32,000 bases of DNA from Candidatus Thorarchaeota archaeon (GCA_008080745.1 SHMX01000005.1:180001-212000); one strand, 5' to 3'. Counted from the first letter of the stretch, positions 8,371 through 17,556 are shown. The notes: generated from the sequence alone by a model not told the origin. Made by a program: numbers and translations.

Positions 8371-9435
8371 ATGAGCTTCAGAGCAGCAAATGAGTTCGGA
8401 TTTATCAATGCAAGAATACGTGGGATGAAATCACGTTTTCTAACGGTTGGTGATTACGAACGGCTCTTGCAATCAGATTCATATGATGAGTTTCTGAAAT
8501 TGTTGTCAGCTACATCATATGGAGATTTGATTGCAAAAGAGTTTCCCTACGAAACTCCATATCCTGATGACTTGGCTCTAGCGTTGTCGAAGGATTTTGC
8601 TCAAGTGACCTATAGTCTTACACGTACACTCTCTGGGAAAGTACGGGAATTCACAGATTCGTACATGAATATGTTTCTTGCTGAGAGTCTCAAGTCTATC
8701 ATCCGTGGATTACATGTGAATCTGAACAAGTCTGAGATCCTACGTTTTGCTGTTCCGGTTTCTCCAGAACAACAGGAGGTATTTGAGAGTCTTGTGCAGT
8801 ACAATTCCGTCGAAACGATGATTGAAAATCTTCCTTACTGGGATATTCGTTTGGCTCTCCTGACTCGACTTCCGGCCTATGAGGAGTATAACTCAACTGC
8901 TCCTTTGGAGGTTGCCATAGAGAAATGGTATCTGAAGAATATTCTCGAGGTGCTCAAGAAATTTCCAAAAGAAGATCAGGACCGCGTATTAGATATTCTT
9001 GAAGCACGGGTAGATTTGAGAAATGTTTTGACGATGATGCGAGCCCTAATCCTCTCTTTGGAAAAGCGAATCATAGAGATGTCGTTAGTTCCCTTTACTA
9101 GGAAATCAAATGCCATTCTTGATGATATCTCTACAAGTAATTCTTGGAAAGAGGTACTGAATAGATTGAGCTCTACTCGTTATTCAGATTTAGCTTCCCG
9201 AGCCGCTCGAAAATATGAGGATGAACAGGATCTCGCGGCCATCGAATTAATATTTGAAGACTATATTGCACAGAGGGTGAAATTACAGCTTACCGCTTTT
9301 CCATTTCATCTGGGCACAATCATAGGGTTTTTCAATCTGAAGTTTTATGAGGTGCGCAACATACGGTCCATTGCGGTTGGAATCGAACGAGGCGAATCGC
9401 CTAACGATATTAGACGCATGATTACAATATGGTAA
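8371..9435 (+). CDS. atpC: A/V-type ATP synthase subunit C (V0 subunit d homolog)
   Basis: N-terminal FGFINARIRGMKSRFLT..DYERLL. C-terminal IIGFFNLKFYEVRNIRSIAVGIERG. 354 aa. ATPase gene context. Confidence 0.93.
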   Translation: MSFRAANEFGFINARIRGMKSRFLTVGDYERLLQSDSYDEFLKLLSATSYGDLIAKEFPYETPYPDDLALALSKDFAQVTYSLTRTLSGKVREFTDSYMNMFLAESLKSIIRGLHVNLNKSEILRFAVPVSPEQQEVFESLVQYNSVETMIENLPYWDIRLALLTRLPAYEEYNSTAPLEVAIEKWYLKNILEVLKKFPKEDQDRVLDILEARVDLRNVLTMMRALILSLEKRIIEMSLVPFTRKSNAILDDISTSNSWKEVLNRLSSTRYSDLASRAARKYEDEQDLAAIELIFEDYIAQRVKLQLTAFPFHLGTIIGFFNLKFYEVRNIRSIAVGIERGESPNDIRRMITIW

Positions 9436-9454
9436 CAAATCGGAGGAACTCCTA

Positions 9455-9856
9455 TTGAATAAAAACTCACGAACAACCAGTCTGTTGATGTTCGTACTGG
9501 GTGCCATAGCATTTACCATCTCCATGATAATGCTACTTGCAGTTGGTGTTGATCATACAACAGCATATGCACTTGGTGTCCCCCCCAGTAGTGGCTACAC
9601 TCCTCTTCAGACCGAAGCAGGTGGTTGGGCAATTCTAGGCCTCGCTATTGGTGCAGGTCTTTCAATTGGTCTAGCTGGTATTGGTGGTGCAATTGGTATG
9701 GGTACTGCATCTGCAGCAGCACTTGGAGCCATCACAGAAAAACCCGAGACCTTTGGTAAAAGCATTCTATATGTTGTCTTTATCGAGGCTATTGCCATTT
9801 ATGGTTTCGTTATTGCTTTCTTACTAGTAGGATACATTCCTAGCTTAATTGGATGA
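9455..9856 (+). CDS. atpK: A/V-type ATP synthase proteolipid subunit K/c, single hairpin with N-terminal hydrophobic extension
   Basis: TTG start after GGAGGA. GLAGIGGAIGMG...AITEKPETFGKSILYVVFIEAIAIYG with the essential Glu (E111). Confidence 0.95.
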   Translation: MNKNSRTTSLLMFVLGAIAFTISMIMLLAVGVDHTTAYALGVPPSSGYTPLQTEAGGWAILGLAIGAGLSIGLAGIGGAIGMGTASAAALGAITEKPETFGKSILYVVFIEAIAIYGFVIAFLLVGYIPSLIG

Positions 9857-9879
9857 TTGGGGGTTTCCCCCAAATCATC
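9852..9879. terminator. Stem-loop between convergent atpK and atpE
   Basis: gatgattggggg-ttt-cccccaaatcatc: 12-bp stem with a one-base bulge. Confidence 0.6.
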
Positions 9880-9883
9880 TATT

Positions 9884-10507
9884 CTAATTTTCAAAAAGAA
9901 GTGAAGCTACTCTATCTCGAATCTCTTTCTCTAATCTCTCACGTCGCCCCTCGAAGGTGTTGTTTACCCATTTTGTACCATCTACGGTTCTGATAATTAG
10001 CCCTCCAGTGGCTCGAACTGTGTCTTTTGCTATCTTTACAGATGCTTTTTCATCGGCTTCTTTGGAGATGGCTTTTGCAATCTCTGTTGTGTTCGGTTCG
10101 GTCTTAGAGCCTGTTGGAAGAATTATCTCTAGTTTTCCTCCTCCCAAAGCTATTCCACCCTGTACTGCCAATCGGGTCAATATTTCCTCGTACTTTTTAC
10201 CCTTGACTTCTTTCTGAAGTTTCTCTTCCATATTTTTAAGAGCCGTTTGAATCATCTCTTCTTTTGTTTCAAGCAGTCTATATTTTGACTTCAGCTTAGC
10301 ACTAGCTTTGTATCTTGATAATTCTGCATCAGCCTCGATTTTCGCTTTCTGACGGATTTCTTCTGCTCTCTCTTCTGCTTTCTGTTTTGCACTTTTCATG
10401 CGAAGCGCTTTTTGGCTCTCTGCTTCATGTACGATTTTATCGGCTTTAGTTTTAGCTTTCTCGTGAATCATCTCAATAATCTTATCAACACCAGTCATGT
10501 TACTCAT
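9884..10507 (-). CDS. atpE: A/V-type ATP synthase subunit E (peripheral stalk)
   Basis: GVDKIIEMIHEKAKTKADKIV coiled-coil N-terminus. C-terminal ATGGLIIRTVDGTKWVNNTFEGRRE motif. Confidence 0.93.
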   Translation of the reverse strand: MSNMTGVDKIIEMIHEKAKTKADKIVHEAESQKALRMKSAKQKAEERAEEIRQKAKIEADAELSRYKASAKLKSKYRLLETKEEMIQTALKNMEEKLQKEVKGKKYEEILTRLAVQGGIALGGGKLEIILPTGSKTEPNTTEIAKAISKEADEKASVKIAKDTVRATGGLIIRTVDGTKWVNNTFEGRRERLEKEIRDRVASLLFEN

Positions 10508-10823
10508 CTCCGAGCATTATCTTTACAGCTAATTTGACCGCATCTGTGGTCTTTCGGGATGCTTTATCCTGAATAATGACAATCTCTCCATCAATCTCTT
10601 TGCGAATCTCTCGTTCGATTGCCATTCTCTTGCTTTCAATATCATTCAGCATTTTCTCAGCATCACGTTTTGCTTCTTTTTCAGTAACTTCCATTAGGTT
10701 CTTGATTTCTTGTTCTGTCTCTTCCCTGATCTCACGAGCGCGGTTCTCAGCTTCTTGTATCGCCTTTTTTGCTTCGAGTTCAGCCTCATGAATCTGATCG
10801 ATTTCATTTTGAGTGGATGACAT
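10500..10823 (-). CDS. atpH: A-type ATP synthase subunit H (V-type G-like peripheral stalk partner)
   Basis: 107-aa charged coiled coil (EIDQIHEAELEAKKAIQEAENRAREI). Overlaps the atpE start by 8 nt. Confidence 0.85.
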   Translation of the reverse strand: MSSTQNEIDQIHEAELEAKKAIQEAENRAREIREETEQEIKNLMEVTEKEAKRDAEKMLNDIESKRMAIEREIRKEIDGEIVIIQDKASRKTTDAVKLAVKIMLGDE

Positions 10824-11012
10824 AACTCAGTTCTCCGAGATGATTACAGACTTCTCTTCATCTATTGCCTAGATAAAGATTCACCTCTGGTTGGCGGAAT
10901 CTTTTTCCTCTGGGAATACATTTATCAATTCGGCCAATTGCTCATATTTGTCTATATGAACCGTATTGGATATTTGGTTCAATCATAACCTGCAGTTTTG
11001 GTGATTCAGAAT

Positions 11013-13211
11013 ATGGGTCTACAAATGAGCCCCGCAAAAATGGTAGTGGCCAAAGTCATCTCGCACAAAGACAAGGACCGTCACGTGACTCTTGCTCTAG
11101 AGAACTTCGGACTTTTTGAATTCATAGATGTTCGGAAAAAATCTCATCTTGCTACCGTAGAGCGAACTAGAGAAGAATCCACGGCACTGGCAGCATTAGA
11201 AAGACTTGAACGCCTTGCAGATACTTTTGATATCGACCTTCAGCGAGGTAGTGCCGACCGTGTATCTATTGATGATACGTCCATTTCCAATGCCATTGAA
11301 TATGCCAGCAATGTGATTAAAGGAGTAGAACCTGAAGTTCTTGAGATAGATCAAAAGCTTGTCAGTCTCCAGATGGAATTAGAAAGACTGATGAACATAC
11401 GTGACATCGCACAATATCTGGAACCATTGGGTCTTGATCCTAGTTACATAGGCTCTACGGAATTCACCTATACTACTGCTGGGGTAATTTCAACATCTAA
11501 GTTCTCTGAGCTAAAATGGAGCTTGAATGAGGTCACAGATGGTTCATATGCGGTAAACTCCATCAATCTCAAGCGAGGAGTTACGGTTGCCATCGTTAGT
11601 GTACCTGTTTCAATGAGATCTGGTGTTGAACGTATTCTCACCGCTCTTGGATTTGAATCCTTTTCGATTCCTGAGGGGTCAGAAGGCTCACCAGAGAAAA
11701 TTCTTTCAGAATCAACTAATCGTATCTCAGAGATTGAACAAGAGATAACACGCCTTAGACAACGAAAAAATCACTTACGAAAGGATTGGACAAGGAGGAT
11801 TTCTGCAGCATGGGAATTGATGACGATTGAACGTAAACGTCTTGATGCCCGTCGATTCTACGTCTACACGGAAGAATCCGTTAAGACATGGGGCTGGATT
11901 CCTAAAGGCAAAGAAACCGAACTTGAGAGTCTATTAAAAGAGCATATCGGGACTGCTTATGTCCTTGAGATTGATGAACCTGATTTTGTTGAAACCGAAT
12001 CACCAACTTATCTTGATAATCCTGAATTTATGAAACCTACCCAGGAAGTAGTAGAGGCCTTTGGCACTCCCTCAAAGCATGACCTTGATCCAACCAAGAT
12101 AATGTGGCTCTCATTTCCTCTAATCTTTGGACTTGTGTTTGCTGATGTAGGACAGGGTTTTCTGATTCTCCTTATTGGACTTGCAGCATGGCGATCAAAG
12201 AAGAAAGGAGATGATTGGGGTTCCATGCTAGGCTATCTCCAAGCAGGAGCAGAGGGTCTCATTATGATGGGCATCTTTGCTATGATTGGAGGATTCCTAT
12301 TTGGCAGTTTCTTCGGTGCGGAAACTGTAATCGAACCTCTTTGGCCCACATTTGCCCATCTCGATGAGCATGGACATCATAATCCCTATCGTGCAGTACA
12401 CATGCTAAAACTCTCTATTGAGGTTGGTGCTATTCAAATTGCTCTTGGTATTATACTGAGTATATACAATCATATCAAGCATCATGAGATGCGAAAAGCT
12501 GCCATCTCTGCATCATATCTCTGGTTATACTTTGGTTTCATCAATTTACTCTTTGGAGTTAGCTACAATAGCATCGAACAATGGTTCAATCCTGACAAAC
12601 TGATGAACATGTGGTTACCTATTGTCGGCATTGGATATGGATCTGGCAATAACGGAATCTACCCGGTACTACCAATCAGTGCTCAAGTCTTTACTATGAT
12701 AATGCTGATTGTTCCACTTGTTATAATGACCCTCTCCTCTGTGGTCGGTGGAATGGATGGAATGGTTCATCTCATGGAGAGTGTGTTGGGCATGATTAGC
12801 CATACTGTGAGCTATGCCCGAATATTTGCATTGAATACCGTTCATGTAATTCTTAGTGGTGTCTTCATTACATTGTTACCTCCACTATTGGTGATTCCAT
12901 TTCCTCATATCGAGCTGCTTGGTGTTGAGATTATCCCCGAAACAGTATGGCACGAAGGACCACATGGTCCTGAGCAGGTACAACCTTTTCTGCCTCTTCT
13001 TGGAGCTGTAGTTGGTACTCTCATTGTGGGAATTTTGGAGGGTCTTCTTGCGTTTATGCACACGCTTAGGCTGCATTTTGTAGAATGGTTTAGCAAATTC
13101 TATCATGCGGGTGGTATTCCCTTCGATCCATTTACCATTAAAAGAATACACACAACTGTTCCTAGAATGGAAACCGAAGTACCTACACAATCTGGATATG
13201 CTGTAAATTGA
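11013..13211 (+). CDS. atpI: A/V-type ATP synthase subunit I (V0 subunit a homolog)
   Basis: ATG 11013 is the likely start (track GTG 10998). PTYLDNP...DPT....FPLIFGLVFADVGQG, SHTVSYARIFAL (essential Arg), and HTLRLHFVEWFSKFYHAGG..FDPF. Confidence 0.96.
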   Translation: MGLQMSPAKMVVAKVISHKDKDRHVTLALENFGLFEFIDVRKKSHLATVERTREESTALAALERLERLADTFDIDLQRGSADRVSIDDTSISNAIEYASNVIKGVEPEVLEIDQKLVSLQMELERLMNIRDIAQYLEPLGLDPSYIGSTEFTYTTAGVISTSKFSELKWSLNEVTDGSYAVNSINLKRGVTVAIVSVPVSMRSGVERILTALGFESFSIPEGSEGSPEKILSESTNRISEIEQEITRLRQRKNHLRKDWTRRISAAWELMTIERKRLDARRFYVYTEESVKTWGWIPKGKETELESLLKEHIGTAYVLEIDEPDFVETESPTYLDNPEFMKPTQEVVEAFGTPSKHDLDPTKIMWLSFPLIFGLVFADVGQGFLILLIGLAAWRSKKKGDDWGSMLGYLQAGAEGLIMMGIFAMIGGFLFGSFFGAETVIEPLWPTFAHLDEHGHHNPYRAVHMLKLSIEVGAIQIALGIILSIYNHIKHHEMRKAAISASYLWLYFGFINLLFGVSYNSIEQWFNPDKLMNMWLPIVGIGYGSGNNGIYPVLPISAQVFTMIMLIVPLVIMTLSSVVGGMDGMVHLMESVLGMISHTVSYARIFALNTVHVILSGVFITLLPPLLVIPFPHIELLGVEIIPETVWHEGPHGPEQVQPFLPLLGAVVGTLIVGILEGLLAFMHTLRLHFVEWFSKFYHAGGIPFDPFTIKRIHTTVPRMETEVPTQSGYAVN

Positions 13212-13227
13212 AAAAATACGGAAGTGA

Positions 13228-13252
13228 GTGGATTGACTTTCTTCTAATCCAC
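13228..13252. terminator. Short stem-loop between convergent atpI and the alpha-solenoid gene
   Basis: gtggatt-N11-aatccac, 7-bp stem. Confidence 0.4.
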
Positions 13253-13263
13253 CATTCTTCTTA

Positions 13264-15603
13264 TCACATGTTTGTGATGCCCATGTAAAGGGCAGATAAC
13301 TCTGCTTCTCCCTTAAGCAATGGGTCTTGGTCTCTACCAAGTTTCTGTTTGTTATCCCACACACTTCGAGCAACAAGGTCAGTAGTCTTTGCTCTACTAT
13401 CAACCGTTCTGGCTGATTGAATATCACCAAGCTGTTGGAATAGCTGAGCTGCCCCTGTATATGCTCCTACTGCCTCTCTCAACTGATCACTAGCATCAGA
13501 GTAGTGAATCTTGGCTTTTGTGACCTCTCCCTTAAGATAAAACATCTCTGCCATAAAGTCGCTTTTTGCTCCCATGAGACGTTTTAGGTCTCCACGAAGC
13601 TTCATTACCACTCCTTGAAGTTGTTTAACTTGAGCATCGACATTGTTTTTCTTTCGGATTGCTTCACCTTTTACGCTGTTCAATTCTTTTGCTGCACATT
13701 CAAATGAAGAAACAGCTTGATAGATTCGTTTGATGGTTTCATCATGAGTCTTCAATGTTCCATCCATCGAACCCCCGTCTTCTAATTGTGCCAAGTCATC
13801 ACCGAGTGCTTTGATAGCATTGACACGGGCTACCTGTGATCTGAATGCCCATTGTTCAGATTGTCGAGAAAACGTCTGAGCTTCTGAAGCGTAGGCTGTA
13901 GCTAGAGCTAGTTTTCCTAAATCTTTCAATTCAGAGGCTGATGCATCCTCTCCAATTATTTGGTAATAAGAGGCGGCATCCTCCGCATGGAGGTTTTCAA
14001 GAATTCTGGACATAATGAATTTAGTTCCAGTCTGCAGCTGTGAGCTCAACTGGAATTGGATGACATATTTCACATTGTTCAATAGTGCCAATGTTTTATT
14101 TCTCAGGTCGCTAACTTCTTCATCTTCACTCTCAAGACTCAAGAGAATTCCCAGACTGTTGAGCGCTTCTCTTATAGCCTCCAAAGCATCAGGTGGATTG
14201 TTACTCAGGCTTTTCTGAGCATCATCCAATGATTTATGCACATCCTCAATTAATCCGGTCTTTCGGAGGTCTTTCGCAAATGCAATTTGTGAGATGATTC
14301 CGCTTATATCGTCGCCACTATTCTTCTTAAGAAGCTCCTCTACGAAAGAGAAGGTCTTCAGATTCTCTTTGATGGCACTAGTAAGTTCTCTTGTCTTTGA
14401 TAATTTTCCTGCTTTTTTCAAATCCCGGAAAATTTCTTGAAGAACCGTTATTGCTTCCTCACGATTATTCATCTCAAGTAAATCTGTCAGTTCCTGAACT
14501 GATGCCTCGGCAGAACAGAATAGTGCTTGTGCCTTCTTGTGTTCTTTATCTACCTGTGACTGATCTGCATTTGGTGCCAAATTGAGAATCTTCCTGAAGC
14601 ATTTTTCTGCTCTTCCAAATGCATCAGATGCAGAGGTATAGAGCTTTGAGGCGTCCTCCAGATTACCTGAACGCATTTGGGCATCAGCAATATCATTGTA
14701 TGTCATTGCTAGATAGACTTCACTTAGTCCAGCTGTGTTTTGCTTCCATGCTTTTATCATTCGTATTGTGTCTTGGTCGATGGCATCACTCTTTTCAAAG
14801 TGAGGAAGAGCCTCGTTGTAGAGATCCGTCGCTTGTTCAAATATGAAGGAACTAAGCATATCTCTCCAGATTAGTTCGTCAAATGGATTGAATGCTTGTC
14901 GGAAGGTACTCTCAACTCCAATCAGTTCGTTTAGAAACTCATCATAGAACTCAGCTTCTGCAGACTTGTTTTTTCCTAATAGCTCTGATAAGGTAGGATT
15001 TGCAGCATCAGATTCTTCCAGTAAGCTATAGGCCTTGTGGCCCAATGCAACACGTCTGAGCTTCTGGGTTCCGTCTACCTTTTGAGGGACTGCTGAAAAT
15101 GGTTTTTCCAGCATAGTATATACTGCAGCTAATGCTTTCTTTGCAGCATCCTTTTTTTCTTCATGTTCATCCTCAATAAATGGCCCACTAGATGATGCTG
15201 CTTGGTGGAGCCAAGCCATTACTCTAGCCATCCAAATATTTGCTAGATTCTCCTGGATTTGATCTTGCAAATTTTTCAGTGCTTGCTCCAACTGCTCCTT
15301 TTGTTCTCCTTCGGCTTGAGCAACTCTTTCTCTGAGAAACGCGACATCAAATTCTTCTCCCATACTCTCTTCACTGAATGATGCAATTCCCTGATATAGA
15401 TCAGTAAAGGTATCATGCATTACAATTCGTTTAGCTTCCAGTCCTTCGACATCGTCGATATCATGTAGGACAAAACTTCTTACAGCATCTTGAGCTTGAA
15501 GATTTAGTTCGAAGAGTTTACTTGTGTAGACTGTTACATCCACGTCCAACTCGGAAGTGGAATCGTCTTTTTTGAATTCATTACCCAAAGAGAACACCCT
15601 CAA
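13264..15603 (-). CDS. Large alpha-helical TPR/SNAP-like repeat protein of unknown function
   Basis: 779 aa, A/L/E/K-rich and nearly all helical. TPR-like segments GNLEDASKLYTSASDAFGRAEKCF and EAVGAYTGAAQLFQQLGD. Confidence 0.75.
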   Translation of the reverse strand: MRVFSLGNEFKKDDSTSELDVDVTVYTSKLFELNLQAQDAVRSFVLHDIDDVEGLEAKRIVMHDTFTDLYQGIASFSEESMGEEFDVAFLRERVAQAEGEQKEQLEQALKNLQDQIQENLANIWMARVMAWLHQAASSSGPFIEDEHEEKKDAAKKALAAVYTMLEKPFSAVPQKVDGTQKLRRVALGHKAYSLLEESDAANPTLSELLGKNKSAEAEFYDEFLNELIGVESTFRQAFNPFDELIWRDMLSSFIFEQATDLYNEALPHFEKSDAIDQDTIRMIKAWKQNTAGLSEVYLAMTYNDIADAQMRSGNLEDASKLYTSASDAFGRAEKCFRKILNLAPNADQSQVDKEHKKAQALFCSAEASVQELTDLLEMNNREEAITVLQEIFRDLKKAGKLSKTRELTSAIKENLKTFSFVEELLKKNSGDDISGIISQIAFAKDLRKTGLIEDVHKSLDDAQKSLSNNPPDALEAIREALNSLGILLSLESEDEEVSDLRNKTLALLNNVKYVIQFQLSSQLQTGTKFIMSRILENLHAEDAASYYQIIGEDASASELKDLGKLALATAYASEAQTFSRQSEQWAFRSQVARVNAIKALGDDLAQLEDGGSMDGTLKTHDETIKRIYQAVSSFECAAKELNSVKGEAIRKKNNVDAQVKQLQGVVMKLRGDLKRLMGAKSDFMAEMFYLKGEVTKAKIHYSDASDQLREAVGAYTGAAQLFQQLGDIQSARTVDSRAKTTDLVARSVWDNKQKLGRDQDPLLKGEAELSALYMGITNM

Positions 15604-15725
15604 ATGAGGTTAATATCACGATTAGGCGGTTCTCTTACTACTTAAGAATAACTGGGTTATTGCATGAAAATATTGTCAGAAATGCGCAAAATGAATATAA
15701 AGAAAGTGCAATCTATTAAAGTGAG

Positions 15726-16100
15726 TCATTCTTCGATTGCACGAAACTTCATCTTTCGTCCATCTCGGTATTTGATAAGATGTCCTTCTTCTACTAACTG
15801 ATTCAAAACTTCGCTTGTTCTAGAACGAGACCTACCCCATTGTTCAGCAAGCTCTGTAGTTGTTAATCCCTTCTCAGCATCATAGAGGAAATTCAATAAC
15901 CTGTCCCAACTTGCATCTCTTTCCACATAATCTTGATTGGGAAACATATCATACCGACCTACTTCAGCTGAACGCCTTGGTGATTCTTTATCAATAACTT
16001 GTGACTTGAGATCCGTTATGACTCCCTTCAAATCCATGACTGTTTTCTTTAGGGAACGTATCTCTTCCCTTAGTTGTTGAATTTCTTTTTCACTATCCAT
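15726..16100 (-). CDS. Coiled-coil plus winged-HTH putative transcriptional regulator (MarR/ArsR-like)
   Basis: N-terminal heptads (EIQQLREEIRSLKKTVMDLKGVI). C-terminal GLTTTELAEQWGRSRSRTSEVLNQLVEEGHLIKYRDGR is a wHTH pattern. Confidence 0.8.
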   Translation of the reverse strand: MDSEKEIQQLREEIRSLKKTVMDLKGVITDLKSQVIDKESPRRSAEVGRYDMFPNQDYVERDASWDRLLNFLYDAEKGLTTTELAEQWGRSRSRTSEVLNQLVEEGHLIKYRDGRKMKFRAIEE

Positions 16101-16120
16101 ATCGTTATCTCCTATTCCTA

Positions 16121-16498
16121 CTAGGCATAGTCAAATCGGAACTCTATGTAGTTGCGTTTCTTTCGTTTCTTTTCGTATTCGTCTTTAGCATCTCTTACAG
16201 GAAACTCAACCTGTATCATTGCTTTGTATTCTACGAGTGAATCTAGTTCATTCATTTCATCTTGGATGTCTTCAGATGCCACTTCCACCTGTTCGGATTC
16301 TTCAATGATTTCCTCGGCATCTCCAGGAAGGATATTTGTTACTGCTTCTTCTTCTACTATTTCTTCGATCGGACTTCCAACTCGAATTGTTTCTGTTGAA
16401 CCTAAGAGCTCATACTCGGTCTTTCGATCCTTTAGGATATTCTCAAGAACCTCTTTGGTGCCTTTAGCACAAGTCTCTCGTTTATGATGATAACCCAT
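16121..16498 (-). CDS. Acidic hypothetical protein, probably co-transcribed with the wHTH gene
   Basis: 125-aa ORF with a Glu-rich central region, 20 nt upstream of the wHTH gene on the same strand. Confidence 0.65.
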   Translation of the reverse strand: MGYHHKRETCAKGTKEVLENILKDRKTEYELLGSTETIRVGSPIEEIVEEEAVTNILPGDAEEIIEESEQVEVASEDIQDEMNELDSLVEYKAMIQVEFPVRDAKDEYEKKRKKRNYIEFRFDYA

Positions 16499-16549
16499 TT
16501 GTTCTTAACCTCAAATTGCATTTAGTGACTGCTGGTCCCTTACAATGAG

Positions 16550-16607
16550 TGTTGACGTTACAAATGTCGTCAACAATAATCGACAACAATCGACAACCGT
16601 CAACAAT
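16550..16607. promoter_or_regulatory. Inverted repeat plus four 10-bp-phased units, candidate operator
   Basis: tgttgacg-N10-cgtcaaca (16550-16575), then cgtcaacaat/aatcgacaac/aatcgacaac/cgtcaacaat (16568-16607), upstream of the acidic-protein/wHTH pair. Confidence 0.5.
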
Positions 16608-16669
16608 TTATCATAGCATCAAATGGTTATAAGGTTTTAGATAAATTAACCTTTTTACGAACATTTCGT

Positions 16670-17452
16670 CTATTCTTCTTTAGCAAATGTCCTGGCAAAT
16701 GTCATGTACCCTGTGTGACCGACCATCCACGTTGTGGGGCGTGTCTTGTTTTCCCGAACCATAATCTCTCGCTGCATGACTTCTAGAGTTTTTATCATAC
16801 CCCAATCCCCACTCTCTCCCATTGCTTTGCAGGTTTTCATTACCTGTTCGATTGTGGGACTATAACTTGCGATGTAGCAACTTGGCTTCAGTACTCGATG
16901 TGCTTCCTCTACAAGAAGCCATGGTGTAGCCAAATCCAATACTACTGCATCAATATACGATTCATGAATACCCTCAAGAATATCTTGATTGTACATCGTT
17001 ATTCTATCCATATCTGCATATTTTGAGAGATTTCTTTTTGCTCCTTCGTGCCAGTCCTCACGAATCTCATATGTGTAAACCTGGCCCGTTTCTCCTACTG
17101 CATTGGCTAGGATACTAGTAAGTGCTCCTGATCCAGTACCAGACTCCACCACTCTGCAACCTGAATGGATATCTGCCTCAATAAGTATGGTTCCCGCATC
17201 TTTTGGATAGATGATTTGTGTATTTCGGCCCATTGCTATTTGGATGTCTGTTTGACTAGGTCTGTGAATCTGAAATGTCTTACCTGAATGACTATCCACT
17301 TTCAGTCCATAGGGTCTACCAATAATGTCATCGTATTCGATGATACCCTTATTCGTATGAAATTTCTCTCCGGCCTTGACTCTTTTTATCCAATTCCTTC
17401 TATGATCAAGGAAAATAAAGACATATGAGCCGTCTTCAATCATCTCTGGCAT
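16670..17452 (-). CDS. trmI: tRNA (adenine-N1)-methyltransferase TrmI/GCD14 family
   Basis: FHTNKGII, RNTQIIYPKDAG, VVESGTGSGALT, YEIRED, DAVVLDLATPW, SPTIEQV, HTGY motifs. Confidence 0.95.
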   Translation of the reverse strand: MPEMIEDGSYVFIFLDHRRNWIKRVKAGEKFHTNKGIIEYDDIIGRPYGLKVDSHSGKTFQIHRPSQTDIQIAMGRNTQIIYPKDAGTILIEADIHSGCRVVESGTGSGALTSILANAVGETGQVYTYEIREDWHEGAKRNLSKYADMDRITMYNQDILEGIHESYIDAVVLDLATPWLLVEEAHRVLKPSCYIASYSPTIEQVMKTCKAMGESGDWGMIKTLEVMQREIMVRENKTRPTTWMVGHTGYMTFARTFAKEE

Positions 17453-17556
17453 GAGTTCAATTGATTTGTCATTGGTTTTGAGTTTTGCTGCGTAGCGGCG
17501 CGTATCTGCAAAACTTTATCCGCTTCCGAATATGTTCTCTGTTAGAGGGAGTACCA

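Noticed and set aside
9698-9790. Na+-translocating ATP synthase
   Set aside because: The subunit K lacks the Gln/Glu and Ser/Thr ligands of the Na+ site (has Met82 and Ala112).
12885-13430. 181-aa minus-strand ORF bridging the atpI end and the solenoid gene end
   Set aside because: Antisense or out-of-frame to two well-supported genes, with no recognisable motif.
16550-16607. Possible CRISPR mini-array or MITE
   Set aside because: The units are 8-10 bp with no spacers, no cas genes are present, and there are no target-site duplications. Better explained as a regulatory site.
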